64,000 nt of DNA. Origin: Rhizomicrobium sp. Lineage in GTDB: Bacteria; Pseudomonadota; Alphaproteobacteria; Micropepsales; Micropepsaceae. The notes beneath the pieces were generated by a model. The model had not been told where the DNA came from. It ran no database searches and worked only from the letters and a program-made list of their open reading frames with translations. The translations under genes were made by a program, and so were the position numbers. The stretch lies in contig DATEMS010000047.1 in assembly GCA_035275465.1 (NCBI GenBank), positions 12,960-76,959 of the forward strand, written 5' to 3'. Below are positions 40,452 through 50,272 of this stretch, one piece after another. Within the stretch, counting starts at the first letter, position 1. Every line of letters begins with the position of its first letter.

Positions 40452-42140
40452 ATGACAGACGTGGTGCGTAGCGAAACCTGTCCGGATGAGGGCATGCGGG
40501 GGCGGTTGTTGGGTACCGCTCAGGCCTTTGTGCTGAACGGGAACCAGGATTTTTCGCTGGCGTCCCTATGCCGTGAAGCCGGCGTGGACGGTTCCGTCTT
40601 TCGCAACCACTTCAGCAGCAAGGCCGAATTGATGGGGGCTCTGATGCGTGACCAAGCCCAGCACCAGGTCCAGCCCAAGGCTGTTGCTCAAACCATTCCG
40701 GAACCTCCCCGTCCAATCACGGTATTGGAACCCGGATCAGCCTCTAAGGCGGAGCTTGAGCCGTCCGTTTTCACACCCGACGCATGGCTCGAGCGCCGCC
40801 TTAGAGTCTTTGAACGCACCTTGAACGCCCTGGAAGCCAAAGCTGAGACCACGGCCCGGGAACAGGCCCGCGTTATCGCGCAGTTGGAGGAAAGACTGGC
40901 GGCACAGGGAACGGCAAGCGAGGGATTACCGGCGGTTGCGCAGGCTGCGATGGTGGCGCCGCAACCGGCGCCTCTCTTGCCGCCGACATTGCCGGCCGAG
41001 CCGTCTGCCGCGCCGGTTTTGGCGCCCAATGCCATGCACCAACCGGACGCCGCCCCGGAAGCGCCAGCGGAAGTATCAGCGGCAGTGTCGGTGAACCTGT
41101 TGGTGGAAGAGCCGCCCTTGGCGAGCGAGCCGCCGGGGCCACAGCCGTTTCGGGAAGCGTGGCAACAAGAACTCCCTTTGATGCCACTCGCGCAAGACAC
41201 CAAGGCGCCGGCCGCTCCGCCAGATGAGGGGCCTGCGGGGCAGATCCTGATTTCTGAAGGCAAGACTTGCGACGATACTCTTTCCGGTGATAGGCCCGTG
41301 CCCGAAAACAAGACCCAGGCGGAAACCCCCAGTCTGTTGCGAAACACCTATGACGGCGCTTTTACGACGGTGGAACCGCAGACGCGTTTGAACAATGCCG
41401 GGCGCGTGCGCTGGCTGGCGGGTGGCGCTTTGTCGTTGGTGATCTTGTTCCTTTGCTTGGGACTTTTCCTGGACCGGCGTTCCGGTCCCACCGCTATCGC
41501 GCGTCAGATTGACGGCGTTGCGCGTCGGCAAGCAGCCGATACCATCATGAGCCGTACAAAAGCCTTGGCCGACGCGGGCAATCCCCGCGCCCAGGCACGG
41601 CTGGCATTGGCGTATCTGCGCGGGCAGGGCTCCGCGGGAGACGCCAATGCCGCGTATCTTTGGAGTCTGTCGGCGGCGCGGGAAGGCAATCCTGTCGCCC
41701 AATATCTTTTGGGCGTTCAGTACCTGCATGGCGACCGCGTCAAGGCCGATCCGGCGGCGGCCGTGCAATGGTTTCAGCGCGCCGCGGACAAGGGCAATCT
41801 GAAGGCGATGCACAATCTTGCCATCGCCTATGCCAATGGCCAGGGCGTCGAAAAGGATGAAGCCAAGGCGGTGGAATGGTTCGCCAGGGCCGCCAAGCAT
41901 GGCTATGTGGATTCGGTTTTTAATCTCGCCGTGATGTATGAGCGTGGCGCCGGCGTGCCGCAGGATCCGCTGCAGGCCTTCAAATGGTACAGTATCGCGG
42001 CGATGGCGGGTGATGCTTCCGCCAAGGAACGGCTGGCCACCTTGCGCGGCGAGATGACGGCGGACGAGATCAAGCTGGCCAGCAACGCGGCGCAAGCCTT
42101 TGAACCGGCCCCCGCAGCGGAAGACGCCAACACGCTTTAA
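40452..42140 (+). CDS. TetR-like HTH + coiled coil + Pro-rich linker + TM + Sel1-repeat protein
   Basis: N-terminal LCREAGVDGSVFRNHFSSKAEL; TM around aa 320-340; about four Sel1 repeats (AQYLLG..Y..G, AMHNLAIAYANGQG, SVFNLAVMYERGAG). Confidence 0.82.
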   Translation: MTDVVRSETCPDEGMRGRLLGTAQAFVLNGNQDFSLASLCREAGVDGSVFRNHFSSKAELMGALMRDQAQHQVQPKAVAQTIPEPPRPITVLEPGSASKAELEPSVFTPDAWLERRLRVFERTLNALEAKAETTAREQARVIAQLEERLAAQGTASEGLPAVAQAAMVAPQPAPLLPPTLPAEPSAAPVLAPNAMHQPDAAPEAPAEVSAAVSVNLLVEEPPLASEPPGPQPFREAWQQELPLMPLAQDTKAPAAPPDEGPAGQILISEGKTCDDTLSGDRPVPENKTQAETPSLLRNTYDGAFTTVEPQTRLNNAGRVRWLAGGALSLVILFLCLGLFLDRRSGPTAIARQIDGVARRQAADTIMSRTKALADAGNPRAQARLALAYLRGQGSAGDANAAYLWSLSAAREGNPVAQYLLGVQYLHGDRVKADPAAAVQWFQRAADKGNLKAMHNLAIAYANGQGVEKDEAKAVEWFARAAKHGYVDSVFNLAVMYERGAGVPQDPLQAFKWYSIAAMAGDASAKERLATLRGEMTADEIKLASNAAQAFEPAPAAEDANTL

Positions 42141-43018
42141 TTTTTTGGTCCGGTATTTTCCGGATCGGGCGGGCGCCTCAGGCTGCCGTAATGGCTGGCC
42201 CAGACCTTGGTGAATTCGGCGCCCAGCAAGAAAATCTGTGCCGAGAAATAGACCCATATCAGAAGCACGATAATGCCGCCCGCCGCGCCATAAATATTGG
42301 CAGTGACGAAATTGACCAGGTAATAACCGATCAAACTCTGCCCCGCCTCGAACAAAAGCGCGGTGCCGAAGCTTGCCACCAACACGTCCCGCCACAACAA
42401 TTTCCTGTTGGGCAGCACCTTGTAGATGGCGGCAAACAGAAGAGCGACGGTCAGGAAGCCGATCCCGAAATTGATCGCCGGGATTGTGGCGTCATATATG
42501 TCGGTGTAACGGTCCAGCACTTCGCCCAACAGGCGGATCCCCGTGGCCATGACCATGGAGGCCAGCAACAACACCCCCAGCCCGATGACCAGGGTAAGGC
42601 TCAACACCCGGCCGCGCAGCAGTTGATAAAAATAAGATTCATGGCGGGGCGCCTTCCAGACCACATTCAGCGCGTCCTCTATTTCGGTGAAGAATCCAGA
42701 TGCGGTGACGATCAGGGCGATGACGCCGATCAGGCTGCTGGCCAGGGTATGGTCGCCGCTTCTGACATGCAGGATGGCGAGCTGCACCATATCGGCGCTT
42801 TCCGATGTCATGATCCGGGTCAACTGATCATGCACCGCGCTGCTGGCGGCATCCTGGCCCAGGCCCAGCGCGGCGATCGCGGTGGCGATAAACAGAACCG
42901 GCGCGATGGCGGTGACGGCATAAAAGGAAATAGCCGCACCGCGCGTCAGGGCGTTGTCATCGACAAAGGCTTCGACGCCTTCCTTGAACAGCATCCAGAC
43001 GGTCAGGCGGCGGCCCAC
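42137..43018 (-). CDS. YihY/virulence factor BrkB family membrane protein
   Basis: GAAISFY, IEDALNVVW, IYKVLP, YGAAGGIIVLLIWVYFSAQIFLLGAE. Confidence 0.92.
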   Translation of the reverse strand: MGRRLTVWMLFKEGVEAFVDDNALTRGAAISFYAVTAIAPVLFIATAIAALGLGQDAASSAVHDQLTRIMTSESADMVQLAILHVRSGDHTLASSLIGVIALIVTASGFFTEIEDALNVVWKAPRHESYFYQLLRGRVLSLTLVIGLGVLLLASMVMATGIRLLGEVLDRYTDIYDATIPAINFGIGFLTVALLFAAIYKVLPNRKLLWRDVLVASFGTALLFEAGQSLIGYYLVNFVTANIYGAAGGIIVLLIWVYFSAQIFLLGAEFTKVWASHYGSLRRPPDPENTGPKN

Positions 43019-43101
43019 GGCGTTCTCATGGCTTGTGAAATAGAATCAAGGATGGGTTCCCTGTGGTTCCCCCAACGTAACAGGCCTGAAGAAAGTTTCA
43101 T

Positions 43102-43302
43102 CTAGTGCCCCGATTCCGAAATTCGCACGATCACGATATCGGGTTTTGGCGAATTTCGGAATCGTGAGGACGCTAGCCAACTTATTGATTCCTAGTGTCG
43201 TTTTGGTTTCGAAGTTCGCCAAGGGCTCGATACTGATGATAGGGCGAACTTCAAAACCACGACACTAGGCGCAAACCACGGTGCGCCTCGGACGTTAGCC
43301 AA
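43102..43302. other. Two related long hairpins, each with a 22-nt loop (candidate structured RNA/DNA element)
   Basis: 16-bp perfect stem 43111-26/43149-64; about 26-bp stem 43191-220/43243-69; 7-bp stem 43267-88; direct repeat GGACGYTAGCCAA at 43168 and 43290. Confidence 0.7.
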
Positions 43303-43323
43303 AGGAGGGTCACCGTTAAGGCA

Positions 43324-45360
43324 TTGATAGGCATGGCCGTTACCGGAGAGTCGCACAAGCCAGGATTGACATGGATGCGCGCGGCGCTGCGCGAGCGTAT
43401 CGTTTCGGATTTCCGCGATTTCCGCTTCACCTGGGCTGGTTTCTTCAAATGGAGCGGCATCACCCTGGCGGCGTTTCTGTTCGCCGCCATCGTGACGCTT
43501 TATTTCCTGGACTGGAACCAGATGCGCGGGCCCATCGGCCGCTATCTGTCGCACCAGACCGGGCGGCAGGTGCGGATCGACGGCAAGCTTGCGGTAAAAT
43601 TGTTTACTTGGCAGCCCGGTATCGATGCCCATGGCGTCTATGTTGGAAATCCCGATTGGGTGCAGGAACCGCAAGCGGCAAAGGCGGATCGTTTCCGTGT
43701 TGAACTCAGGCTGATGCCGCTGCTGTTGGGCAAGTTGATCGTGCCCCTGGTCCAGATCGACCGGCCCGACATTCTATTGGTGCGCGATGCTTCGGGCCGC
43801 ACCAATTGGGACAGCGGCGGCCGCAATCCCAATGCGGCATTCCAGCTTCCGCCTATCCGGCGCTTTCTGATCCGCGACGGCCATGTGCAAATCAACGATG
43901 CGGTGCGCAAGCTCCATTTTACCGGCACGGTCACCTCCGAGGAAAATGCCGGGGGCGGGCGGGCGGCTTTCACCCTGACGGGGGCAGGCAACTTGAACAA
44001 AAGCAAGTTCCTGGCCGACATCAAAGGCGGACCGCTGTTGAATGTGGATCAAAGCAGGCCTTATACTTTCACCGCCGATGTGCGCGCCGGTGAAACGCGC
44101 GCCCTGGTCAACGGCGCTATCACCCAGCCTTTTCATCTGGACCGGTTTACCGCCGGGATCCAGGTCAGCGGCCCGACCTTGTCCGATTTGTATTTTTTGA
44201 CGGGACTGGTTTTGCCCAACACGCCGCCCTACCGCATGAGCCTGTCGGTGACGCGGGACGGCGGCTTTTATCGGCTCACCGATATCGCCGCCATGGTGGG
44301 GAGCAGCGATCTGCACGGCAATTTGTCGGTGGATGCCTCAGGCGATATCCCGTCTTTAAAGGGCCGGGTGACTTCGCGGGTTCTGGATTTCAAGGATTTG
44401 GGTCCTTTGATCGGCGGGGGAAAGCGTATGCCGGCCGCCGGCCGCTATCTGTTGCCCGAAACGGTGCTGCACACCGAGCGGCTGCGCCAGACCAATGCGG
44501 AAGTGGACTATAGCGCGACCGCCATCCAGTCGCGCGATTTTCCGCTGCGCAGCCTGGATACCCATATCAGCCTGCAGGGCGGTGTACTGAACCTCAAGCC
44601 GCTGGCCTTCGGCTTTGTCCAAGGCAAGCTCAGCGGCGCGATCAGGATCGATGCGCGCAAGGCTATTCCCACCAGTTCGGTGGACGCGCGCATCACCGAC
44701 ATCCGAGCCGAGAATTTCATCAAGAGCAGCGACAAACCCATCTTTGGCATGTTGGAAGCCCGCGCGGTCCTGACCGGAACCGGCAAGTCGGTCCATGACA
44801 CCGCGTCGAACGCAAATGGCAGCTTTACCGCCGTGGTGCCCAGCGGCGGCATGCGTCACAGCCTGGCGGAATGGACGGGCATAGACGTGCTGACGGCGCT
44901 GAGCCTCAATCTGGCGGGCGACAATTCCAACACAAATTTGCGTTGTGCGGTTGCCAGCTTCGGCGCCAAGGATGGGGTTTTGACCAGCCAGCACATCGTG
45001 ATTGACACCGATCCGGTGCGGGTGGATGGGACCGGACGCATCAATCTGCGCGACGAAACACTGGATATGCGCCTGCAAGGAAAGCCGAAAAATTTCCAGC
45101 TGATGCGGGTGCGCGCGCCCATCACGGTGAAGGGGGCCTGGGCCCATCCGGCGCTGGGCGTGGAGGCGGGACCGGTGTTGGCGCAGGGCGGTTTGGGCGC
45201 GGCGCTAGGCCTGCTTAATCCTTTGGCGGCGATTCTGGCTTTCATCGATCCCGGGCTGGCCAAGGACGCCAATTGCGGGCCGCTTTTGGCCGATGCCAAG
45301 GCAAAGGGGGCTCCTGTCAGGCAATCTACGGTGCGTAACGCACAGGCGCCACGGAATTAA
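43324..45360 (+). CDS. AsmA family protein (YhjG-like bridge-like lipid transfer fold)
   Basis: N-terminal TM, LDWNQMRGPI, GRTNW, NTPPYR, NTNLRCAVASF, RAPITVKG. Start uncertain (43324-43372). Confidence 0.88.
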   Translation: MIGMAVTGESHKPGLTWMRAALRERIVSDFRDFRFTWAGFFKWSGITLAAFLFAAIVTLYFLDWNQMRGPIGRYLSHQTGRQVRIDGKLAVKLFTWQPGIDAHGVYVGNPDWVQEPQAAKADRFRVELRLMPLLLGKLIVPLVQIDRPDILLVRDASGRTNWDSGGRNPNAAFQLPPIRRFLIRDGHVQINDAVRKLHFTGTVTSEENAGGGRAAFTLTGAGNLNKSKFLADIKGGPLLNVDQSRPYTFTADVRAGETRALVNGAITQPFHLDRFTAGIQVSGPTLSDLYFLTGLVLPNTPPYRMSLSVTRDGGFYRLTDIAAMVGSSDLHGNLSVDASGDIPSLKGRVTSRVLDFKDLGPLIGGGKRMPAAGRYLLPETVLHTERLRQTNAEVDYSATAIQSRDFPLRSLDTHISLQGGVLNLKPLAFGFVQGKLSGAIRIDARKAIPTSSVDARITDIRAENFIKSSDKPIFGMLEARAVLTGTGKSVHDTASNANGSFTAVVPSGGMRHSLAEWTGIDVLTALSLNLAGDNSNTNLRCAVASFGAKDGVLTSQHIVIDTDPVRVDGTGRINLRDETLDMRLQGKPKNFQLMRVRAPITVKGAWAHPALGVEAGPVLAQGGLGAALGLLNPLAAILAFIDPGLAKDANCGPLLADAKAKGAPVRQSTVRNAQAPRN

Positions 45361-45435
45361 CGTTTTTCCGCGGCCCGGCTATGGAAATTGCCCGACCAAG
45401 GTGTTACCCAGCCGCGTCATTTGCACACCGGTACA

Positions 45436-46437
45436 ATGCGCCCGTCAGACCTATCCCGTATTCTATTGCGTTACTGCGTCCCCGATGTGCGGCGTGCCCT
45501 GTTTGAAGTGGCGGTGACCGCGATTCCCTTGGCGATTCTGTGGGCGCTGATGTGGTGGTCGCTGGGCGTGGGCTATTGGCTGACGCTTTTCTTAGCGGTC
45601 CCGGCGGCCGGCTTCATGGTGCGGTTGTTCATCATCCAACATGACTGTGGCCATGGCGCTTTCTTTCGCCATCGCGCGGCCAATAGCTGGCTGGGCCGGG
45701 TGCTGGGGGTTCTTACCCTGACCCCCTATGATTATTGGAAGCGTAATCACGCCATCCACCATGCCACCTCCAGCAACCTCGACCGCAGGGGCATTGGCGA
45801 TATCGATATCCTGACGGTGGAGGAATATCGCGGCAAGCCATGGCTGGGACGTTTGCTGTATCGCGTGTATCGCAGCGCGCCGGTAATGTTCGTGATCGGT
45901 CCCGCCTATATGTTCTTTCTGCAGCATCGGCTGCCCTTTCATCAGATGCGTGACGGCTGGCGGCCCTGGATCAGCACCATGGCGACCAATGCCGCGATTT
46001 TACTGACCATGGTGGGCATGATTTGGCTTGTGGGCGTGGGGCCCTTTGTGATGGTGCATCTGCCGATCATGCTGCTGGCGGCGTCGATGGGCGTGTGGCT
46101 GTTCTATGTGCAGCATCAGTTCGAGGGCGTGGCCTGGGCCCGCACCGGCAGTTGGTCGCATCACGAGGCGGCGATGATGGGCAGTTCCTATTACGACCTG
46201 CCGGGCCTGCTGCGCTGGTTCAGCGGCAATATCGGCATCCATCACATTCATCATCTCAACAGCCGCATTCCCTATTACCGGCTGCCGCATGTGCTGCAAG
46301 ATCATCCGGAGTTGAAGGCGGTTGGGCGTTTGACCTTGCGCGATAGCTTAAAGAGCGTACGGCTTTCGCTATGGTGCGAAAAGCGCGAGCAGCTGGTGTC
46401 CTTTCGCAATGCCGCGGCGGGCAAGCTGCCGGAATAA
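45436..46437 (+). CDS. Membrane fatty acid desaturase (Des-like)
   Basis: Three His boxes: HDCGH, HAIHH, HHIHH; FYVQHQFE. Confidence 0.92.
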   Translation: MRPSDLSRILLRYCVPDVRRALFEVAVTAIPLAILWALMWWSLGVGYWLTLFLAVPAAGFMVRLFIIQHDCGHGAFFRHRAANSWLGRVLGVLTLTPYDYWKRNHAIHHATSSNLDRRGIGDIDILTVEEYRGKPWLGRLLYRVYRSAPVMFVIGPAYMFFLQHRLPFHQMRDGWRPWISTMATNAAILLTMVGMIWLVGVGPFVMVHLPIMLLAASMGVWLFYVQHQFEGVAWARTGSWSHHEAAMMGSSYYDLPGLLRWFSGNIGIHHIHHLNSRIPYYRLPHVLQDHPELKAVGRLTLRDSLKSVRLSLWCEKREQLVSFRNAAAGKLPE

Positions 46438-46524
46438 GCGCTTTGACCGTGCCATGCCGGGACGTTCATCGGCGTCGGCGGTGACAAAACTTCATTCCCC
46501 GCGCTTGCGCTTGTCCGGCCGCTG

Positions 46525-49341
46525 TTGGATTCTGACGGCATGGCGGAGGACCGGGTTCGGGATATAGGGCGTTGGCGCAAAGGCCTGGCCTTTGCCCTAT
46601 TGCTGTGCTGGGCGTGGCCCGCATCGGCCACGGACTGGCCGCGCAACGATGTGCCATCCGATCCCGCGCTGCGGCAGGCTGTTCTGCCCAACGGCATGCG
46701 CTATGTCATCATGTCCAACCGCGTGCCGGCGGGCGCGCTATCCGTGCGCCTCAGCATGGGGGTGGGGGCGGTTCATGAGGCCGCCGATCAGCGCGGTTTT
46801 GCCCATTTTGTCGAGCATATGGCTTTCCGCGGATCGGAAAATTATCCCGATGGCGAAATCATGCGCAGTCTGGAGCGGTTGGGCCTGCGTTTCGGCGCCG
46901 ACGTCAATGCCACCACCGGGCAGTATCAGACCATCTATCGTTTTGACCTGCCCGGCGCCGACGCCAAAAGCACGGGAGAGGCGCTGGCCATTCTGCGGGA
47001 TATTGCCGGAAATCTGAATTTCGATTCCCCCGCGGTGGAAACCGAAGCCGGCGTGGTGATGTCGGAATCCGCCTTGCGGGGAACACCAGCCTTCCAGTCT
47101 TTGGCGCGGGAATTGGAGTTTCAGTTGCAGGACCCGCGTGCCAGCGCCATGGCGGGAAGCGTATCCGACATTGTCCAACATCCCCAGGCTGAACAATTGC
47201 AGCGCTTTTACAGGGCCTTTTACCGTCCCGAGCGCGCGGTACTGACCGTGGTGGGCGATGTGGATGCCGGTCCGATGGCGGCGGAAATCGCCGCGCGTTT
47301 TTCGGACTGGCACGGGGTGGGCGCGCGCGGCGAAGATCCGGTGTTCCAGGTGCCCCTGGGCCGGGGCTTGGAAGCGCGTGTTCATGTGGAGGGTGCGGCG
47401 CCCGCGCGTGTCGTGATGGCGTGGGTAAGGCCGCCGCTGCTGCATCCGGTGGACCGCGCGGGCTGGAAGCGCATGCATGTGAACGGCGTGGTCATGCAGT
47501 TGCTCAGCCGGCGGCTGGCGGCAATAGCAGCCTTGCCCGATCGTCCTTTTGTCGCGCCGCAGGCAGGGCGGCGCGAAGCGCGCCGCGCCGCGGAAATTTT
47601 TACGCTGTCGGCGGGCTATGAAGGCGGCAATTGGCAAAAAGCGGTTGCGGGTTTGACACAGACGCTGCGTACGTCGCGTGCGCCTTTCTCGCAAGCGGAA
47701 ATCGACTCTGTGGTTTTGGCGCAGAAAACCAGTTGGGCCGGCAGGGAAGTAGCCACTCGGACCACACCTGCTATCGCCACGGCGCTGGCGTCGGACGGCG
47801 GGGTGGAGGATATCAATGTCAGCCCCGCCCAGGCGCGCACGGCCGCCGACGAGGATTTTGCCGGGCTGACGCCCGCGATCATTGCGGCAGCCATGGACGA
47901 GATGTTCGGCGGCGATCCGTTGATTTTTGTTTCCAGCCGCGCGCCGATCGCGAATGCAGAGGCGGCGTTGCTGGATGCTTATCGGGCGCAGAACGGCCCG
48001 GCGGAGGATGCGGCGCCGCCAACCGTCCAAGCGGTCAAATGGCCCTATACTCGTTTCGGTTCGCCGGGCAGGGTGGTGGAAACCGGCGGGGCGCCCGATC
48101 TGGGCGTTACGGCTGTCAGTTTTTCCAACAATGTCCGCTTGCTGGTTCGGCCCTCCAAGCTGCGGGCCAACCAAGTGCTGGTCTCGGTCAAGCTGGGATA
48201 TGGCCGTTTGGGTTTGCCCAAGGATCGTCCCGCCGCGGCTTGGATTCTGGCCGGGCTGGTGCCCAGCGGATTGGGAGCCTTGTCCGCCAACGAGATGGTC
48301 TTAGCCTTGCCGGGGAAAAGCTATGGCGCGAACTTCGCCGTCAATGACGGCGCTTTCAGTTTCATCGGCAGCACCACCAGCCGCGATCTGGAAACTCAGC
48401 TCCAGATTTTTGCCGCCTATCTCAAAGATCCGGGGTTTCGCGGCCGGGATTTCGATCGCTTTAAGCAACAGGCGGTGCGGCGGCTGTCGTCGGACAACGC
48501 CACGCCGGCAGGCAAGATGGGACAACAAGCGTCCGAGATATGGCACAATGGGGATAAGCGTTGGGCCACGCCTTCGCCGCAGGATGTGCAGGCCGCCACG
48601 ATGGACGAGCTTTTGCAGTTAGCCCGGCCCATGCTGAACGATGCCCCTGTGGAGGTTGTGATCACCGGCGACACGACAGTGGAGGATGCAACGCGGTTGG
48701 TGGCGGCGACGCTGGGCGCGCTTCCCATGCGAAAAAAATATGAACTGGCGTTGACGCCGGACAACAATGTGGCCTTTCCGTCAGGGGCCGCCGAGACTGT
48801 CGCACTCAAGACGTCTGTCCGCTCCGCACAAGCGATGGCCAGCGTGGCCTGGGCCGCGCCCGGCTTTTTCGTCGACTTGAATGACGATGCGGCATTGCGA
48901 ATTTTAAGCGCGGTGCTGCGGGACAAATTGATCGAAGCGTTGCGGGGCACAGGTCTCAGCTATTTGGTGCAGGTCAACCAATCTTCTTCATCCGCCTTCG
49001 ACTATGGCACTATCGCGGCCAGCGCCACCATGCCGCCGGACAAGGTGCAATTGTTCTATGACGCGGTGGACCGGATCGTGGGTGAGTTAAGGGCCGGGAA
49101 GATTGGCGCCGACGCGTTTCAGCGCAGTCTGACGCCTGCTGTTGAAAGCCATCGCCGTGTCGGTCAGACCAATGACTATTGGCTGGGTGTGCTGGCCAAT
49201 GGCTGGGACGATTCGCCGAAATTCAACCGGGCGCGAACATATGGGGATATCCTGGCGAAGGTGACGCGGGAGGACGTGGCAGCGGCGGCGCGTCAATATC
49301 TGGTGCCGGAGCGGATGGTGCGGATCACGGCGGGGCCGTGA
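46525..49341 (+). CDS. Secreted M16 family zinc metallopeptidase (PqqL-like)
   Basis: LPNGMRY, GFAHFVEHMAFRGS (HxxEH), NATT, FYRPERAVLTVVGD; signal peptide. Confidence 0.92.
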   Translation: MDSDGMAEDRVRDIGRWRKGLAFALLLCWAWPASATDWPRNDVPSDPALRQAVLPNGMRYVIMSNRVPAGALSVRLSMGVGAVHEAADQRGFAHFVEHMAFRGSENYPDGEIMRSLERLGLRFGADVNATTGQYQTIYRFDLPGADAKSTGEALAILRDIAGNLNFDSPAVETEAGVVMSESALRGTPAFQSLARELEFQLQDPRASAMAGSVSDIVQHPQAEQLQRFYRAFYRPERAVLTVVGDVDAGPMAAEIAARFSDWHGVGARGEDPVFQVPLGRGLEARVHVEGAAPARVVMAWVRPPLLHPVDRAGWKRMHVNGVVMQLLSRRLAAIAALPDRPFVAPQAGRREARRAAEIFTLSAGYEGGNWQKAVAGLTQTLRTSRAPFSQAEIDSVVLAQKTSWAGREVATRTTPAIATALASDGGVEDINVSPAQARTAADEDFAGLTPAIIAAAMDEMFGGDPLIFVSSRAPIANAEAALLDAYRAQNGPAEDAAPPTVQAVKWPYTRFGSPGRVVETGGAPDLGVTAVSFSNNVRLLVRPSKLRANQVLVSVKLGYGRLGLPKDRPAAAWILAGLVPSGLGALSANEMVLALPGKSYGANFAVNDGAFSFIGSTTSRDLETQLQIFAAYLKDPGFRGRDFDRFKQQAVRRLSSDNATPAGKMGQQASEIWHNGDKRWATPSPQDVQAATMDELLQLARPMLNDAPVEVVITGDTTVEDATRLVAATLGALPMRKKYELALTPDNNVAFPSGAAETVALKTSVRSAQAMASVAWAAPGFFVDLNDDAALRILSAVLRDKLIEALRGTGLSYLVQVNQSSSSAFDYGTIAASATMPPDKVQLFYDAVDRIVGELRAGKIGADAFQRSLTPAVESHRRVGQTNDYWLGVLANGWDDSPKFNRARTYGDILAKVTREDVAAAARQYLVPERMVRITAGP

Positions 49342-49508
49342 CGGACATGATCGATGCCATCGCCAAGCGTGCCGCTTTCGGCGACCTTCCCGCCCGAGGC
49401 TGTTAATCCTTGGGGCCAGGGCTGGGCAATGCTGCTTCAGGCAAGATTCTCAACGGATTTTTCGGCATCTTCGCGCGCCAAGGATGCCAAATTGGCGCCG
49501 CCGTCTTT

Positions 49509-49522
49509 TTGATTCAGGTCAA
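49509..49522 (+). promoter_or_regulatory. FNR/FixK-type box
   Basis: TTGAT-TCAG-GTCAA, one mismatch to TTGAT-N4-ATCAA, ending 60 nt upstream of ATG 49583. Confidence 0.6.
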
Positions 49523-49582
49523 ATTCAGCGCAAGGCAACCGTGCGACGGTAGCGCCACGAGACCTGACTGAGGAAAAATGGC

Positions 49583-49930
49583 ATGGCTCTACTGCGCAAT
49601 CTTTTTCTGGCCTGCGTGCTGATGACGCTGCCGGGCCTCGCCCATGCCGACACCAAGCCTGCGCCTGGCGCCGGCATGACCTGTCCCATGATGGGTAACG
49701 CGGCCGCGATACGCCAGGATATGGGCGCGATGATGACCGACATGAGTGCGATGATGAAGGACATCCATGATCCGGCCATAAAGGCGCGCATGCAGAAGAT
49801 GCATGAGCAGATGGCGACAATGATGGCCAATATGCATGGAATGCACGGCGGCATGATGCGGGGCAGCCCGGACAGCGCGCCCGCCGCAGCCGCCCCGGAC
49901 GATCACGGGGCCCATCATCCCAAGCAATGA
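49583..49930 (+). CDS. Small secreted Met/His-rich protein (candidate Cu/Ag binding)
   Basis: Signal peptide ending AHA; 18 Met and 7 His in the 93-aa mature part. Confidence 0.75.
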   Translation: MALLRNLFLACVLMTLPGLAHADTKPAPGAGMTCPMMGNAAAIRQDMGAMMTDMSAMMKDIHDPAIKARMQKMHEQMATMMANMHGMHGGMMRGSPDSAPAAAAPDDHGAHHPKQ

Positions 49931-49960
49931 TTTTTCTTTTGCCGAAAGGAAGATAGCGCC

Positions 49961-50272
49961 ATGACCAAATCTCAACCGCTGGCCTACATGCCAGCCATGT
50001 TTGCAACCTGCATGCTGTTCCAGGTTATTTTTGTCCTTTGCACCGCTCTATGGATTTTGTTTCCCGATCTGAAAGGCCACGCCCTGCTGACGGAAATTTT
50101 TCCCGGATTCCGGCTTCTCGACGTGACCAGCTTCGTTTACGGCCTCATTGCAAGTGGCACATATGGTTGGTTCGTGGCGGCGGTGTTCGTTTTTTTCAAT
50201 AATCTCTGGCCGCGCGTCGCACGTGTCGGATCGAAGGCGCACCAAGTCCGGCGCGTTCGCCTGGGAGGCTGA
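49961..50272 (+). CDS. Small membrane protein, DUF5676-like
   Basis: Two TM segments; HALLTEIFPGFRLL..TSFVYGLI...YGWFVAAVFVFFNN pattern. Confidence 0.65.
   Translation: MTKSQPLAYMPAMFATCMLFQVIFVLCTALWILFPDLKGHALLTEIFPGFRLLDVTSFVYGLIASGTYGWFVAAVFVFFNNLWPRVARVGSKAHQVRRVRLGG

Noticed and set aside
43021-43080. EcfG/SigT general-stress promoter for yihY (two GGAAC on the minus strand)
   Set aside because: No CGTT at the required 16-17 nt spacing.
43168-43302. Integron attC site or CRISPR mini-array
   Set aside because: GTTAGCC has no complementary inverse core site, the repeats are only two diverged units, and no integrase or cas genes are present.
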